This document shows positions 25,324 to 38,317 of a DNA stretch of 64,000 nucleotides, one piece after another (within the stretch, counting starts at the first letter, position 1; every line of letters begins with the position of its first letter). Made by a program: the position numbers and the translations under genes. Source of the stretch: Oculina patagonica (lineage: Eukaryota); NCBI RefSeq assembly GCF_052425735.1, contig NC_135771.1, positions 10,850,001-10,914,000 on the forward strand, in the 5' to 3' direction. The notes beneath the pieces are model-generated. The model saw only the letters and a program-made list of their open reading frames with translations, was not told where the DNA came from and did no database searches.

Positions 25324-27035
25324 TAAAACCACTTGGGATGTTGGGAAAACACTCTTAAAGCATGCAAATCACTCGCATAACGGCTAGTCATTTATAAGCT
25401 TTTCTTCTCTTCTCCTAGTCCAGTCCCTGAATTCTCTTCCATCTTCCCGCGTGGTTTAATTACGCCAGTAAACCCGTTAGAAAGTGCAGTCTATGGCTTA
25501 AAGTAAAGTAAGAAAACTCTCCGCTTGGCATGTAAGTTTTCTAGGCACTTCTTTTCTAGCGCTAGTAAGCTCTGCTCAGTGATAGAAAAACGCCACAAGG
25601 CATGCGCTGTTTCTTGGCAACGATCTGGCGCTAGCAAGTTCTGCTCAGTAATTTTCTATTTTCTCATTAAAATATTTCATTCCGTCACGTTTTTATACTC
25701 TTTGTAACTTAAGACTTATCTAAAGCATCGATCTTACAATCAAAATATGCTTGTTTTTGTTCATCCCCCAAGGTAACCTACCTACACACCAAAAATGAAG
25801 GGGTGTTTCAATAATTTATTTCCAAGTTTGATTCACTTTCTCAAAGAAGTGTTCTTAATAGCTCATTTGACGACTGTCAGCTGTCAGTGATTTCGTGCTC
25901 ATTCCGCGTTGCTCCTAATTTTCAATTTCTAATATCCTCTTTTCTCACTCAAATATTTCGTACCTTCACGTTTTTTCTTCTTTGTAACTTAAGACTTACA
26001 GTAAAGCATCGTGAACAAAAACATATTTATCTGAATATAACTTCGATACGGAGCGCGTGCTGACTGGTCAAAAACCTAATATGTAACTACGCTCGACTTC
26101 GCGTAAGGACGAAGAATTGCTTAGCATTAGTTTAATGTTTTATTTTGCCCTATCAGTTGATGAAAACAGAAGATATGGTTCTCATAAACGATCGAAATGC
26201 AAACTAAATAAGGTCATTACAACGAATTTTCCCGCCCGCCGTTAATTAAAATAGAACAAAGGACCTTGAGGGGAAAAAACGAAAACAAACACAAGAAACA
26301 GTTTTCGCTTTCACTGGCCTGGCATGATATTGATAGCGTTGATATGTTCTCATTCAACATTCTACTACTCGAAAACCTTATTTGTAAGGAGAAAAACTAC
26401 TACAAACAGGACGCGATAAAAGCTTAATAGAAACTTTATAGACTCTATATAAACGCCGAGTCCAGTCGCACGCACTTGAATTCTGTACATGTTAAGTCTG
26501 TTATTCGGCAAATAACCGACGAAGAAATACAGGCATTAAGTTAATAAATTCGGAATAAATTTCGAAAGCAGAATTTCTAGAATAAACCTCTATTCCAAAT
26601 TTCGCCAGTCTTTGAAATTTGTAAACTTGCAAACTTTCCGTGCAGTCCATATTTACTCTCGTGATATATGACTCCAGCCGATTTTTTCGTGAAACGTACT
26701 TTTAAATCATTGAACCGCAAATTTTCTGCTTTTAACCAATTGCCATTTTCGTTTGCTTTCATTTGCTTTCACATTTTCAATTTCGTATATTCTGTTTTCT
26801 CACTAAAAGACCTTTATAGCTTATTACTTTTTAAAAATTTTCGTCGTGTTGATCAGTAAAATTCTAAGCGGGAGCTGAACCTGTGTCTTATTCTTTCAGC
26901 CACTTTTATTGGCTGACCGAGTCATTCGATGAGTGTGTTGAGAATAAGCAAGTAGTTGATCTTGAAATTTAAACAAAATTTCTTTATAAAAGAAATAGAC
27001 TGCACTTTCCTCACAGTGGAGTTTTATTGGCATAA

Positions 27036-27205
27036 GGGGGAGCAGGGATAGCGCAGTGGTGAGAACGCTCACTTCCCACCAATGTGGCCCGGGTTCGATT
27101 CCCGGACATGGTGTTATATGTGGGTTGAGTTTGTTGTTGGTTCTCGTCCTTGCTCCGAAGGTTTTTCTCCTGGATCTCCGGTTTTCCTCCCTCCACAAAA
27201 ACCAA
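27036..27205 (+). mobile_element. 3'-truncated SINE copy
   Basis: Matches 24201 onward, then breaks into unrelated sequence at 27206-28126. Confidence 0.8.
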
Positions 27206-28126
27206 TCAAGTTTACATCGCCGTTACATCGTTCGTCACAGTGATTTTACAGTCGTTAAAGTACCATATTCCAGTGTTTGTTTTGTCGTCATCCACGTTCG
27301 GTTACTGAAACACCACTTGTTAGCTAGGCAATCTTCCGTAAGCGGCAATCTATCCCCTTCGCCTCTTGTGGTTTACAATAATCATTCTCGTAAGCGGCAA
27401 GCTTTAGTTACGGACAGTTTTTTCGCTTCCCGAGGGTGTCCGCTTACGAGAGCTTCGACTGTATGAAGAAGCAAGCTCTACAGAAGCCAGCAAATCTAAA
27501 TATTTGTAACCAGCCTTCCACATCACTTTTAATGCCATTTTTAGCTGCCGATTTCATATTATTTCATTAAACATTAGGACAACTACAAGCAAAGGTAGCC
27601 CTTGATCAATGGGACGCTTTAATTTTACACGTGTACATGGGAATATTACAATTTGCTTCGCAGGTTATGTTTTGCTGTTTGATAAAATCACTTGATTAAA
27701 AAATTTTCACTGGCTTTGTCGGCTACGGACATTTTTTAACATCCTATGGGTGTCCGCAAACGTGAGCTTGGACTTAAACCAATATCTGTTTAAATTATTA
27801 TTATTTTGTTTATTTATTTATTTTCCTGCTCTTTCTCCGAGAAATTAGCTTTGTCATGTAGTTTCTTCTTGTAGCTAATCTTGAAATCCGAGGTTTAAAT
27901 AAAGGTGATGTTTGTATGTATTTGTATCTGTAGTGACCGAATATTCAGTCTGATTTCCATCATGAACAGAATCTTCACATTTTCTCAAAAGAATTTCTTT
28001 AAACAACCAATTTATTGTTTTTAGTTAGTATTCAGTTTCGTCAAACAAAGAATATTGATCACCAGTTTCATTTCGTGACTTGTAATGAGCAAACAATTGG
28101 CGCACGCTATTTGAGAATCATTTCCA

Positions 28127-28695
28127 TGCGAACTTTGCAGGTTTCAAAGAGAATAACGCTAATGCTATAGGCTACTGATTCATAGTTTATGCGACTTACT
28201 TTTCGAGAAATAGTCAGTTAATTCGCGCTGGCGATAACCCTTTTCAGTTTTCTAAGGTCGGATTTGGAAGAATCGGTATCAACCTCCACACCCGGGCCTC
28301 CACAAACGAACTGAACGTCTGTAGCACGTCAAAAGCGGGACACAGTTCGTGTTTTGAGGGGCGTTCTAACTAGTGTAAGTTTTTATTTCAAATAATTTCA
28401 ACGTTTTGGACTACAGCACACTGTTTGTTTTCCTCAAGAGTCCTCATGGGCTCGATGAGGATGAGTGAGTGAGTGATACTGTTTGTTTTGACTTGTCATG
28501 TATTGACCGACATGGTTCGAGTTATTGAGGGTAAAATTATATAGAAAATGACCTGAAGGGAAACGAAAGTTGGTTCGAGTTAGCGGGAGATTCGAGTTAC
28601 CGAGGTAAAATTACAGTAAATGTAGAACGGAAATCCAGGAAAATAGATTTTGGTTCGAGTTAGCGCGAGATTCGAGTTAGCGAAGGAGTCGACTG
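28127..28695. mobile_element. Right part of the TA-TSD transposon (unit 2)
   Basis: Homology resumes at TGCGAACTTTGCAGG and ends GAGTCGACTG|TA. Confidence 0.75.
28432..28477 (+). mobile_element. 46-bp 5'-truncated retroposon (LINE 3' end) with 12-bp TSD
   Basis: ACTGTTTGTTTT duplicated at 28420-28431 and 28478-28489; (GAGT)n tail; absent in units 1 and 3. Confidence 0.75.
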
Positions 28696-30433
28696 TATTT
28701 ATTTATTTAATAAAACCACTTGGGATGTTGGGAAAACACTCTTAAAACATGCAAATCACTCGCATAACGGCTAGTCATTTATAAGCTTTTCTTCTCTTCT
28801 CCTAGTCCAGTCCCTGAATTCTCTTCCATCTTCCCGCGTGGTTTAATTACGCCAGTAAACCCTTAGAAAGTGCAGTCTATTGCTTAAAGTAATAATATTT
28901 AGGCTTTTTAATATAGAAACTCTCTGCTTGGCATGTGAGTTTTCTAGGCATTTCTTTTCTAGCGCTAGTAAGCTCTGTTCAGTGATAGAAAAACGCCACA
29001 AGGCATGCGCTGTTTCTTGGCAACGATCTGGCGCTAGCAAGTTCTGCTCAGTAATTTTCTATTTTCTCATTAAAATATTTCATTCCGTCACGTTTTTTAT
29101 TCTTTGTAACTTAAGACTTATCTAAAGCATCGATCTATCAATCAAAATATGCTTGTTTTTGTTCATACCCCAAGGTAACCTACCTACACACCAAAAATGA
29201 ATGGGTGTTTCAATAATTTATTTCCAAGTTTGATTCACTTTCTCAAAGAAGTGTTCTTGAATATCTCATTTGACGACTGTCAGCTGTCAGTAATTTCGTG
29301 CTCATTCCGCGTTGCTCCTAATTTTCAATTTTTAATATCCTCTTTCCTTACTAAAATATTTCGTACCTTCACGTTTTTTTCTTCTTTGTAACTTAAGACT
29401 TACAGTAAAGCATCGTGAACAAAAATTTATCTGAATATAACTTAGATACGGAGCGCGTGCTGACTGGTCAAAAACCTAATATGTAACTACGCTCGACTTC
29501 GCGTAAGGACGAAGAATTGCTTAGCATTAGTTTAATGTTTTATTTTGCCCTATCAGTTGATGAAAACAGAAGATATGGTTCTCATAAACGATCGAAATGC
29601 AAACTAAATAAGGTCACTACAACGAATTTTCCCGCCCGCCGTAGTTAATTAAAATAGAGCAAAGGACCTCGAGGGGAAAAAACGAAAACAAACACAAGAA
29701 ACAGTTTTCGCTTTCACTGGCCTGGCATGATATTGATAGCGTTGATATGTTCTCATTCAACATTCTACTACTCGAACACCTTATTTGTAAGGAGAAAAAC
29801 TACTACAAACAGGACGCGATAAAAGCTTAATAGAAACTTTATAGACTCTATATAAACGCCGAGTCCTCGCACGCACTTGAATTCTGTACATGTTAAGTCT
29901 GTTATTCGGCAAATAACCCACGAAGAAATACAGGCATTATGTTTATAAATTCGGAATAAATTTCGAAAGCAGAATTTCTAGAATAAACCTCTATTCCAAA
30001 TTTCGCCAGTCTTTGAAATTTGTAAACTTGCAAACTTTCCGTGCAGTCCATATTTACTCTCGTGATGTATGACTCCGGCCGATTTCGTGAACGTACTTTT
30101 AAATCATTGAACAAATTTTCTGCTTTTAATCGATTGCCATTTTCCTTTGCTTTCATTTGCTTTCAAATTTTCAATTTTGTATATTCTGTTTTCTCACTAA
30201 AAGACCTTTATAGCTTATTACCTTTTAAAACTTTTCGTCGTGTTGATCAGTAAAATACTAAGCGTGGAGCTCAGAACCTGTGTCTTATTCTTTCAGCCAC
30301 TTTTATTGGCTGACCGAGTCATTCGATGAGTGTGTTGAGAATAAGCAAGTAGTTGATCTTGAAATTTAAACAAGATTTCTTTATAAAAACCAATAGACTG
30401 CACTGTCCACTCAGTGGAGTTTTATTGGCGTAA

Positions 30434-30699
30434 GGGGGAGCAGGGATAGCGCAGTGGTGAGAACGCTCGCTTCCCACCAATGTGACCCGGGTTCGATTCC
30501 CGGACATGGTGTTATATGTGGGTTGAGTTTGTTGTTGGTTCTCGTCCTTGCTCCGAGGGTTTTTCTCCTGGATGTCCGGTTTTCCTCCCTCCACAAAAAC
30601 CAACACTTCTAAATTCCAATTCGATCGGGAATCCGAGGGCCACAGGTTTGTCAGTTGCAAAACTGTTACGAGCAACCCTCGTTAAACAAAGTCGATTTA
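30434..30699 (+). mobile_element. tRNA-derived SINE (unit 3)
   Basis: Paralog of 24201-24466. Confidence 0.85.
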
Positions 30700-31700
30700 C
30701 AGTTGACTCCCGATAACTCGAACCTTCAAGGGAAATTGAAAATGGTTCGAGTTATCGGGAATTGAAAATAAATTACCAGAAATAAGGGGGAAAAGGGTGT
30801 TTACTGATTTAAATGGATTTTCTATTCATAGAACAGTGTAGATCAGTGTGCATTTTAAATAAACAAATTTAATTGGTAAATAGATAAGCCGAAAGAGAAA
30901 GGAACAACATATTTCCAAATCACTGTCAGGTATACATCAGAACGTAACGTAAAACAGCAAATTTAATAGCTGCGAACTTTGCAGGTTTCAAAGAGAACAA
31001 CGCTAATGCTATAGGCTACTGATTCATAGATTATGCGACTGACTTTTCGAGAAATAGTCAGTTAATTCGCGCTGGCGATAACCCTTTAAAGTTTTCTAAG
31101 GTCGGATTTGGAAGAATCGATATCAACCTCCACACCCGGGCCTCCACAAACGAACTGAACGTCTATAGCACGTCAAAAGCGGGGCACAGTTCGTGTTTTG
31201 AGGGGCGTTCTAACTAGTGTAAGTTTTTATTTCAAATAATTTCAACGTTTTGGACTACAGCACGCTGTTTGTTTTGACTTGTCATGTATTGACCGACATG
31301 GTTGGAGTTATTGAGGGTAAAATTATATAGAAAATGACCTGAAGGGAAACGAAAGTTGGTTCGAGTTAGCGGGAGATTCGAGTTACAGAGGTAAAATTAC
31401 AGTACATGTAGAACGGAAATCCAGGAAAATAGATTTTGGTTCGAGTTAGCCTGCGAACAGGCTCCCGAGTGGGGTTTTTACGCGAGCGAAGCGAGCGGAA
31501 GAGCGGGGTTTTACGCGAGCGAAGCGAGCGGAAGAGCGGGGCCTGAGCGGCGCCCCCGTACTTCCCCTCAGGCCCCGCTCTTCCGCTCACTTCGCTCGCG
31601 TACGCCGCTCGCTTCGCTCGTGTAAAAACCCCACTCGGGAGCCTGTTCGCAGGCTAGGTTCGAGTTAGCGCGAGGTTCGAGTTAGCGAAGGACTCGACTG
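30700..31700. mobile_element. TA-TSD DNA transposon (unit 3) with nested MITE
   Basis: TA|CAGTTGACTCC ... GACTCGACTG|TA. Confidence 0.8.
31447..31656. mobile_element. GC-rich fold-back MITE with 9-bp TSD (Mutator-like)
   Basis: ~50-bp TIR starting TAGCCTGCGAACAGGCTCCCGAGTGGGGTTTTTAC; TSD GGTTCGAGT at 31438-31446 and 31657-31665; empty sites in units 1 and 2. Confidence 0.9.
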
Positions 31701-33691
31701 TATTTATTTATTTAATAAAACCATTTGGCATGTTGGGAAAACACTCTTAAAGCATGCAAATCACTCGCATAACGGCTAGTCATTTATAAGCTTTTCTTCT
31801 CTTCTCCTAGTCCAGTCCCTGAATTCTCTTCCATCTTCCCGCGTGGTTTAATTACGCCAGTAAACTCTTAGAAAGAGCAGTCTATTGCTTAAAGTAATAA
31901 TGTTTAGGCTTTTTAATGTAGAAAACTCTCCGCTTGGCATGTGAGTTTTCTAGGCATTTCTGCTCAGTGATAGAAAAACGCCACAAGGCATGCGCTGTTT
32001 CTTGGCAACGATCTGGCGCAAGCAACTTCTGCTCAGTGATCGCACGTACCTTAATAACTCATTTGACGACTGTCAACTGTCAGTAATTTTCTTTTTTCTC
32101 ATTAAAATATTTCATTCCGTCACGTTTTTTATTCTTTGTAACTTAAGACTGATCTAAAGCATCGTGAACTATAATTTATCTGACAAGAAATAGTTTTTAG
32201 GCTTTTTAAATGTAGAAAAATCTACCTTCCCTGGAAAAACGCCGCTTAAAATATGGTGTTTCTAGGCAACAATCTGGCGCCAGAAAGCTCTGCTCAATGA
32301 TTGAGTTTACCTAAATGGCTCATTTGTCAACTGTTAACTGTCAGCTGTCATTTTTGTTTTTCTAACTGGCTTATTAGGACCCCTTAAAAGAGAGAACGTC
32401 TAAGATCGTATCCCATTCTCAACAGAGAACCAACTATTAACGGATATCTGACTTGTCGCAGAAGAGGTTCATAAGTGAAGAAAAAGTGCAGTGCAGTAAG
32501 TAACGTCTTTTATCATGTTTATAAGATTCTCTCCTCCGCAGAGGCCTCTCTTTTTTTCGTACGGGCTGGGAAAAGGGGCAATGGGGAGAGGTGAAAATAA
32601 GCGCACGGGGCCTGGGGATATAACGGCTGCCTGATGTAGTACCTCTCGAAGTATAAACCAATGCCAAACACGAGGAAGTGGACGCATTCTTCACAACAAA
32701 TTTTTACAAAAGTATAAAATACCAAAAATACCGAGTCGATAATAGCTTTTGTATCACAATACCTGAAATGTTTGTTGAAAGCCTTAGTTCTTTGTATTCT
32801 TTTTAGAAAGTGGATAATGCTTTGATAAGGGAGAAACAGGGAAGTTACCTACCCTTTGGCCGTTTTTCTATGATTTTCTAAGTATGAATGTTTACTCGTT
32901 TTTCACACGTACGTGGATAAAAACAGAAAGTTTTATCACAGGTATCGGAAAAAAAAAATGCGTTGGCTCAAGTGTCGATAGTTAAGGGTTACAATTGTTA
33001 CTGTTGATAGTTAATTAATGTGTTTAAAAAGAGAAAGTGAAGTTTCTGACGGTGCTTTTGCCGCAGATCATCCATCGTTAAGGTCTAAAGCAAGAGCATT
33101 GATAAAATATTTGTTCAATAAATAACAAGTTTTAATCCCGCTTTTTGATCCCAATTTCTTTTAAACTGGTACCAGTTCTCGAAGGATTTCTTGTTTTCGT
33201 GGGGAAGGTTGCGGATTGACACATTTTGCATAGGAAACTCAAGGTGTTACGTTGCTATGAATTGCAACCTCCCCATGAAAAAACTCAGTAAATATTCATA
33301 CATGTACCACCAATTTTTTTTTTATTTTGATTTTTGAGTCCAGCTGATGGGTTGTAATTTCAATTTTCAAATTTACACTTACCGCTTTTTAAAACATTAT
33401 ATAACGAAACATGCTACAAATGGTTTTACAATGTTATCAAAATACTTAAACTATAAGCTATAAAAATACAAAACGAATAATGCGAGAACAAGAAAGAAAT
33501 ATTCTTATATACAAGGCCTTCTACTAATGTTCGACTATTCAATTGTCAAACATCAGCAGGACAAAGTTCCTCGTCACGATTTCTGAGGCACAATAGCGGA
33601 GCTCCCGTTCGGCGCGGCGAGAGGAGCCCCATAACATCATGTCTTATAGTCTTCTCATTTTTCTTCTGTCTCAGATCAAAACGAAGTGATT

Positions 33692-34201
33692 ATGTTGTTC
33701 AAGTTCCTTCTCATTTCCTTGATGGCCACCGTGCTGTTGTTCGACGAAGCTTCAGCAAATACCTGTCCTAAACACTGGGTGAAGCTCAACGATGATCCAG
33801 TTTGCTTTGAAGCCAAAGGTAACCAATACGGTTCCTTTACCATCAGTAGCAGGATCACCGTGAGCTCCTTGATGCTGGTGCACCGCTCTGGGTGGGTAAG
33901 ATGTTCTTTTGTTTTATCCGCTCAAAGCAACTGAGGATGCGGTGATGGCAGAATTAGTGTCCACCTAACAGACCATAAAAACGGGCGACTGGTTCCAGCA
34001 GCTTCAGTCCCGATAGACAGTTACGGGTATTACCATATGCCAGGTTACACCTCCAACTCGCCAGTCCTCGAGTTCTGTGAATCTCTCTCTTTCTCCGCTA
34101 GCGACGAGCTGCGTCTGTGGTATGGAGAGGATTTAACTAACAAAACCGAGTTCGACAACGCTGGTACATCGTGCACAGACGTGTATGGTCTTGTGGCTTA
34201 A
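33692..34201 (+). pseudogene. Divergent type III copy with a single in-frame TGA
   Basis: TGG>TGA at 33932-33934 (W of SNWGC). The frame continues intact as GCGDGRISVHLTDH...WYGEDLTNKTEFDNAGTSCTDVYGLVA*. Upstream homology stops at ~33477, so exon 1 is missing. Confidence 0.88.
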
Positions 34202-35014
34202 ACCAGCAGCCAACACTAAGCTCACCGGATGCAGCCGCAAACCTCGCACAGTACAATAAAATAGTAATTTTCAGTAGATGGGACAGTTTTGTAGTTACTT
34301 GATTGTTGAAGGCATTAATAAATGTACTCGAGGTGAAAAAGTTGTGTTAGTTCAGTGTCGTCTCTGAATACATTTTTCCCTTCACAAAAACTTAAGCTTG
34401 CTTCTCTATTTAAGCACTCGCATGCAGCAAAATTCTGCAATCTGTCGTTTGGATGCGTTTGGAGGTGAATTACAAAGAAAAGCCATTTTGAAAGCAATTA
34501 AACAGCACCTGATGCATAGAAGTACAATTCTTTCTAAATATTCCTAAAATATTGAAATTAAACTATCGATCAAATTTTGCCAGAGATGATGTAAAAATAT
34601 GCAAGAATTTCTCTCAAGCGTTCGTGACAAAAATTACTCTAACATGCATTGATCATAGAGTTTCAATTTAAATTCCATTGGTTAGGTAAAAAAAACATTT
34701 ATTTTCCAGCTGAAAGAAAGAGGGTAAAGAATCAACAAAAATTACTAAGAAATAAACAAAAAAAGAAAATAGAACATGTCAAAAGTTGTAAAAATGTGTC
34801 CTAATTTTGGGCTGTGTATATGCTTGAGAATGATAGTAAACTCGCAACTGCCAGATAATCCGCATTTTTAGCAATTCAGTTTATCTTTAAATGTCTTTTG
34901 TCAGGAGTCATGGGCTCCTGCATTTTCTCAGTCAAAATTTCCTCAAATCCCAGTTCCCATTTACCCCCTTCAGGCCCCTCTTCCCTTTTCTAAACTTTTT
35001 ATTTCAGTTGGACC

Positions 35015-35178
35015 CAGCCTAGTCCTTAGGCGTTCCCTCTTTTGTCCTGTAATCCGCGCGAAGTCTGGGACTGGGACGCACGAGAGAACGCTGTTCTCGA
35101 CGAGTCTTTCTCGGTGACATCATGGCTCACAATAGGGTCCAGGGTTGACCGAGCCGAGAACGCCAAGGGACTAGGCTG
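35015..35178. mobile_element. MITE-like element (paralog of 1873-2036)
   Basis: Same terminal inverted repeats. Confidence 0.78.
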
Positions 35179-37634
35179 AGTTAATTGTATCCAAACCTCT
35201 TTCACGGTTATGATTTTCCTTGTTTTAACTTGATGAATTATTAATAAGTTTCAGAAGATTGTTTCTACAACTCCATAGAAACACGGAGAAAATGTTCTCT
35301 AAATCTTTCAGAAAACACTGTGAGAATAAAAAGAAATTAATCGTTTATTTCGATTATCAAAATGTAAATTCTGTTTGTTCGCGCCATCATTACGTCAACA
35401 TGTACACGTCGTGTTTGTCCTGTCTTTCAGTCGAGTTACAGAAGCACGGCTTTTAGTACAGAAAAACCCTTCAGTTCAGACGCATTTTTTCTACCAAGTG
35501 AATAGCCATCTCTGTTGTTTCCTATCAATCGATTTGAGGCGAAATAAAAAAAAAACTTATTCACAATAAATTAGGAGAAGGTTTTGCTTGCTGGGTATTG
35601 TTCAATTTAACGACAAACAAAACTATTCAAGCAGACTGCCTGCTAAGGACTTCTTATGTAAACTTGCAAGATTGTGATGTCAATTGTGTGTGTAGATCAT
35701 CACGTCAACCTGACTTTTAAACAAGGTCCCTTTATCGACTTTCACTAGTTTTATCGTCCTAACTTACGAACTGTGTTTGCATGGTAGAATCCCCCTCTAT
35801 GGGTATTTCCGAACAAAGACGCAACGATTACCGCGAAAAAAGGCAGATCTCAAGATCGAAGCGAAGATTTTTAAAGCTTCAAGCCTGTGGGGTCGTATAA
35901 GAGTAAACTTGAAAAGCAAACAAATGTTATAGGTAAAAGATAAACACTGAACAAACAGAACAACGCCGGCAACAATAATTTTCCTATTTATTGTTTCAGC
36001 AACTGTTTGCTTGTTATGAATTTCAGTTATTTATGTATTTTGTTGCTGAGGTGAGATATTTATTCGGCTGTGAATTACACTGACTACACTGTCACGCAGT
36101 TTCAATCATAAAACAAAGATCTGCTTAAAAAAATAGAAGATTTGCACAAAAAATGCGACGAAAACAAAGTTTACGTGTACCCATAGAGAGCCACATGTAT
36201 TGTTAAGCGTGCACGTCTTTGGGCGACAGATACTTAGAAGTGCCAACTTGTCGAAACTTGAAACTGGCTTTTAGCAGCTGTTTTCCAACTCATAGAAGCC
36301 GTTGAACAGTTAGCTAACTTTTGCTTTGACTAAAATATCGTCATCCGATCCACTTTACAGTCTAACTGTGAAAAGACCACGCAGCCTGAGGGATCAATAT
36401 TTGTCTTGAATCACAATAGCTGGCTAATAAAACCCCACCCGATGGACACCTTCTGTACTCTTAAACTCAAATGCTAACAAAGGCATTCTGATCTTTAACA
36501 AACACCTTCCTACGTAACAAATAACAAATCTGTTTCGTCATCCCTTTTCGCAGCCTCTGTCGTCTTCGTTTTTAAAATTGGCATAAAATTGAGCGTTATT
36601 TTGGTATTCAGCATTAGCCCTATACGAGTTCTAAAACGGACGACTCATTGTTAGTATTACACTCTCTCTGACTGTTTTTACTTTTGTTGAAGTTCACGGC
36701 ACAACAAGTGAAAGTTTGCCCTATTTTAACTCGGCGAAAATTCACATTAATGTTAATGTTTAGAAGCCACGTCACCCAAGATGAATGCAACGGGATATGC
36801 TCTGTCTGCAAGTTCTTTTGACATTTTTCCAACTTGATAGATCTCAATTTGATATCTTAGCGTTTCGAATTACAACCTTAGCAAAGCACAGAAAGCCACT
36901 GATCACATTCAGTTCTTCACAGAGAGCTAACCAGTAACGAAGTCTTAGACTTGAAGATCAAGAGACAAGAAACCCACATTACGGTGAGTCATTCTTATAG
37001 CTAGTTTGCCTTTTTAACAGCAGAGTAATAAAGTTGCTCGCGTTTTTCGTGGATAAGGAGAAGCGAATACATGAGCCGGGAAAGTACTGAAAGCCGTCCG
37101 TTTTTTCTGGCAAAAATCCGTACTGATTTTCTATTTTTTTTTTTTTGCAATTTTATTCCTTCAAGACGGTCCATATTAGTAAACGGAATTGAAATCCTAA
37201 TAGGAAGATCGTAAATTACCCAGGCTTCATAAATCATAAATCATTACTGTAGTCAAGATGCGCAATTTCGTGTACTCCTTTGTGTGCAATCTCTGACTCC
37301 TCGTTTTGTGATACAATTCGTTTTGTGAACTCGTTTCATCTTGATGACACAGCCTGTGTATTTAACAACCGCTTGTTGGACTAAGAAAAGGCTAGGACAG
37401 GCAACGGTAAAAAACTTTGACGCCTTCTGTAAGCTAGATACATAATGCGAGAAAAAAGAAAGAAATATTCGTATAAACAAGCCCTTCTACTAATGTTCGA
37501 CTATTCAATTGCTAAACATCAGCAGGACAAAGTTCGTCGCGATTTCTGAGGCGCATTAGCGAAGAGGAGCCCCATAACATCGTGTCTTATAATCTTCTCA
37601 TTTTTCTTCTGTCTCAGATCAAAACGAAGTGATC

Positions 37635-38138
37635 ATGTTGTTCAAATTCCTTTTGATGTCCTTGATGGCCACCGTGCTGATGTCCGACGAAGCTTCAGCA
37701 AATACCTGTCCTAAACACTGGGTGAAACTCAACGAGTATCCAGTTTGCTTCGGAACCCGAGATAGCCAGTTCGGTAAGTTTACCGTCAAGACAAACATCG
37801 CCGTGAGCTCCCTGATGCTCGTGCACCGCTTAGGTGCGGTAAATTGTCAACATACCACTAAAGCCCGTGACAGCAACTGGGGATGTAATCGTACTAGCAT
37901 TGGTGCCGTCCTAACAGACCATCAAAACAGCATACTGGCTCCACCTTCAATCGACAATGAAGGATGGTACCTTCTGCCAGGTTACACCTCCAACTCGCCA
38001 GTCCTCGAGTTCTGTCAATCGTTCACTTTCTCCGCTAGCGACGAGCTGCGTCTGTGGTATGGAGAGGATTTACGTGGATCCACCGAGAGCAACAACGCTG
38101 GTACATCGTGCGCAGACGTGTATGGTCTTGTGGCTTAA
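37635..38138 (+). CDS. Secreted Cys-rich protein, type I
   Basis: Intact; GAV and FTF variants. Confidence 0.93.
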   Translation: MLFKFLLMSLMATVLMSDEASANTCPKHWVKLNEYPVCFGTRDSQFGKFTVKTNIAVSSLMLVHRLGAVNCQHTTKARDSNWGCNRTSIGAVLTDHQNSILAPPSIDNEGWYLLPGYTSNSPVLEFCQSFTFSASDELRLWYGEDLRGSTESNNAGTSCADVYGLVA

Positions 38139-38317
38139 ACCCGCAGCCAACACTACGCTGACCCGATGCAGCGGCAAACCTCGAACAGTAAAATAAAATG
38201 GTGATTTTCAGTAGAGGGGACAGTTTTGTAGTTACTTGTTTGAAGGCATTAATAAAGGTACTCGAGGTGAAAAAAGCTGTGTTAGTTCAGTGTCGTCTCC
38301 GAATGCATTTTTTTCCC

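Larger units (their letters stand above)
22902..32160 (+). repeat. Three tandem non-coding units of ~2.8-3.4 kb
   Basis: Units start GATCT..CAATCAAAATATGCTTG at 22902, 25730 and 29132 and are collinear. Confidence 0.93.

Noticed and set aside
33932-33934. In-frame TGA as selenocysteine or read-through
   Set aside because: It aligns to Trp (TGG) in all paralogs, not Cys. No SECIS-like difference is seen in the 3' flank, and the copy also lacks its promoter.
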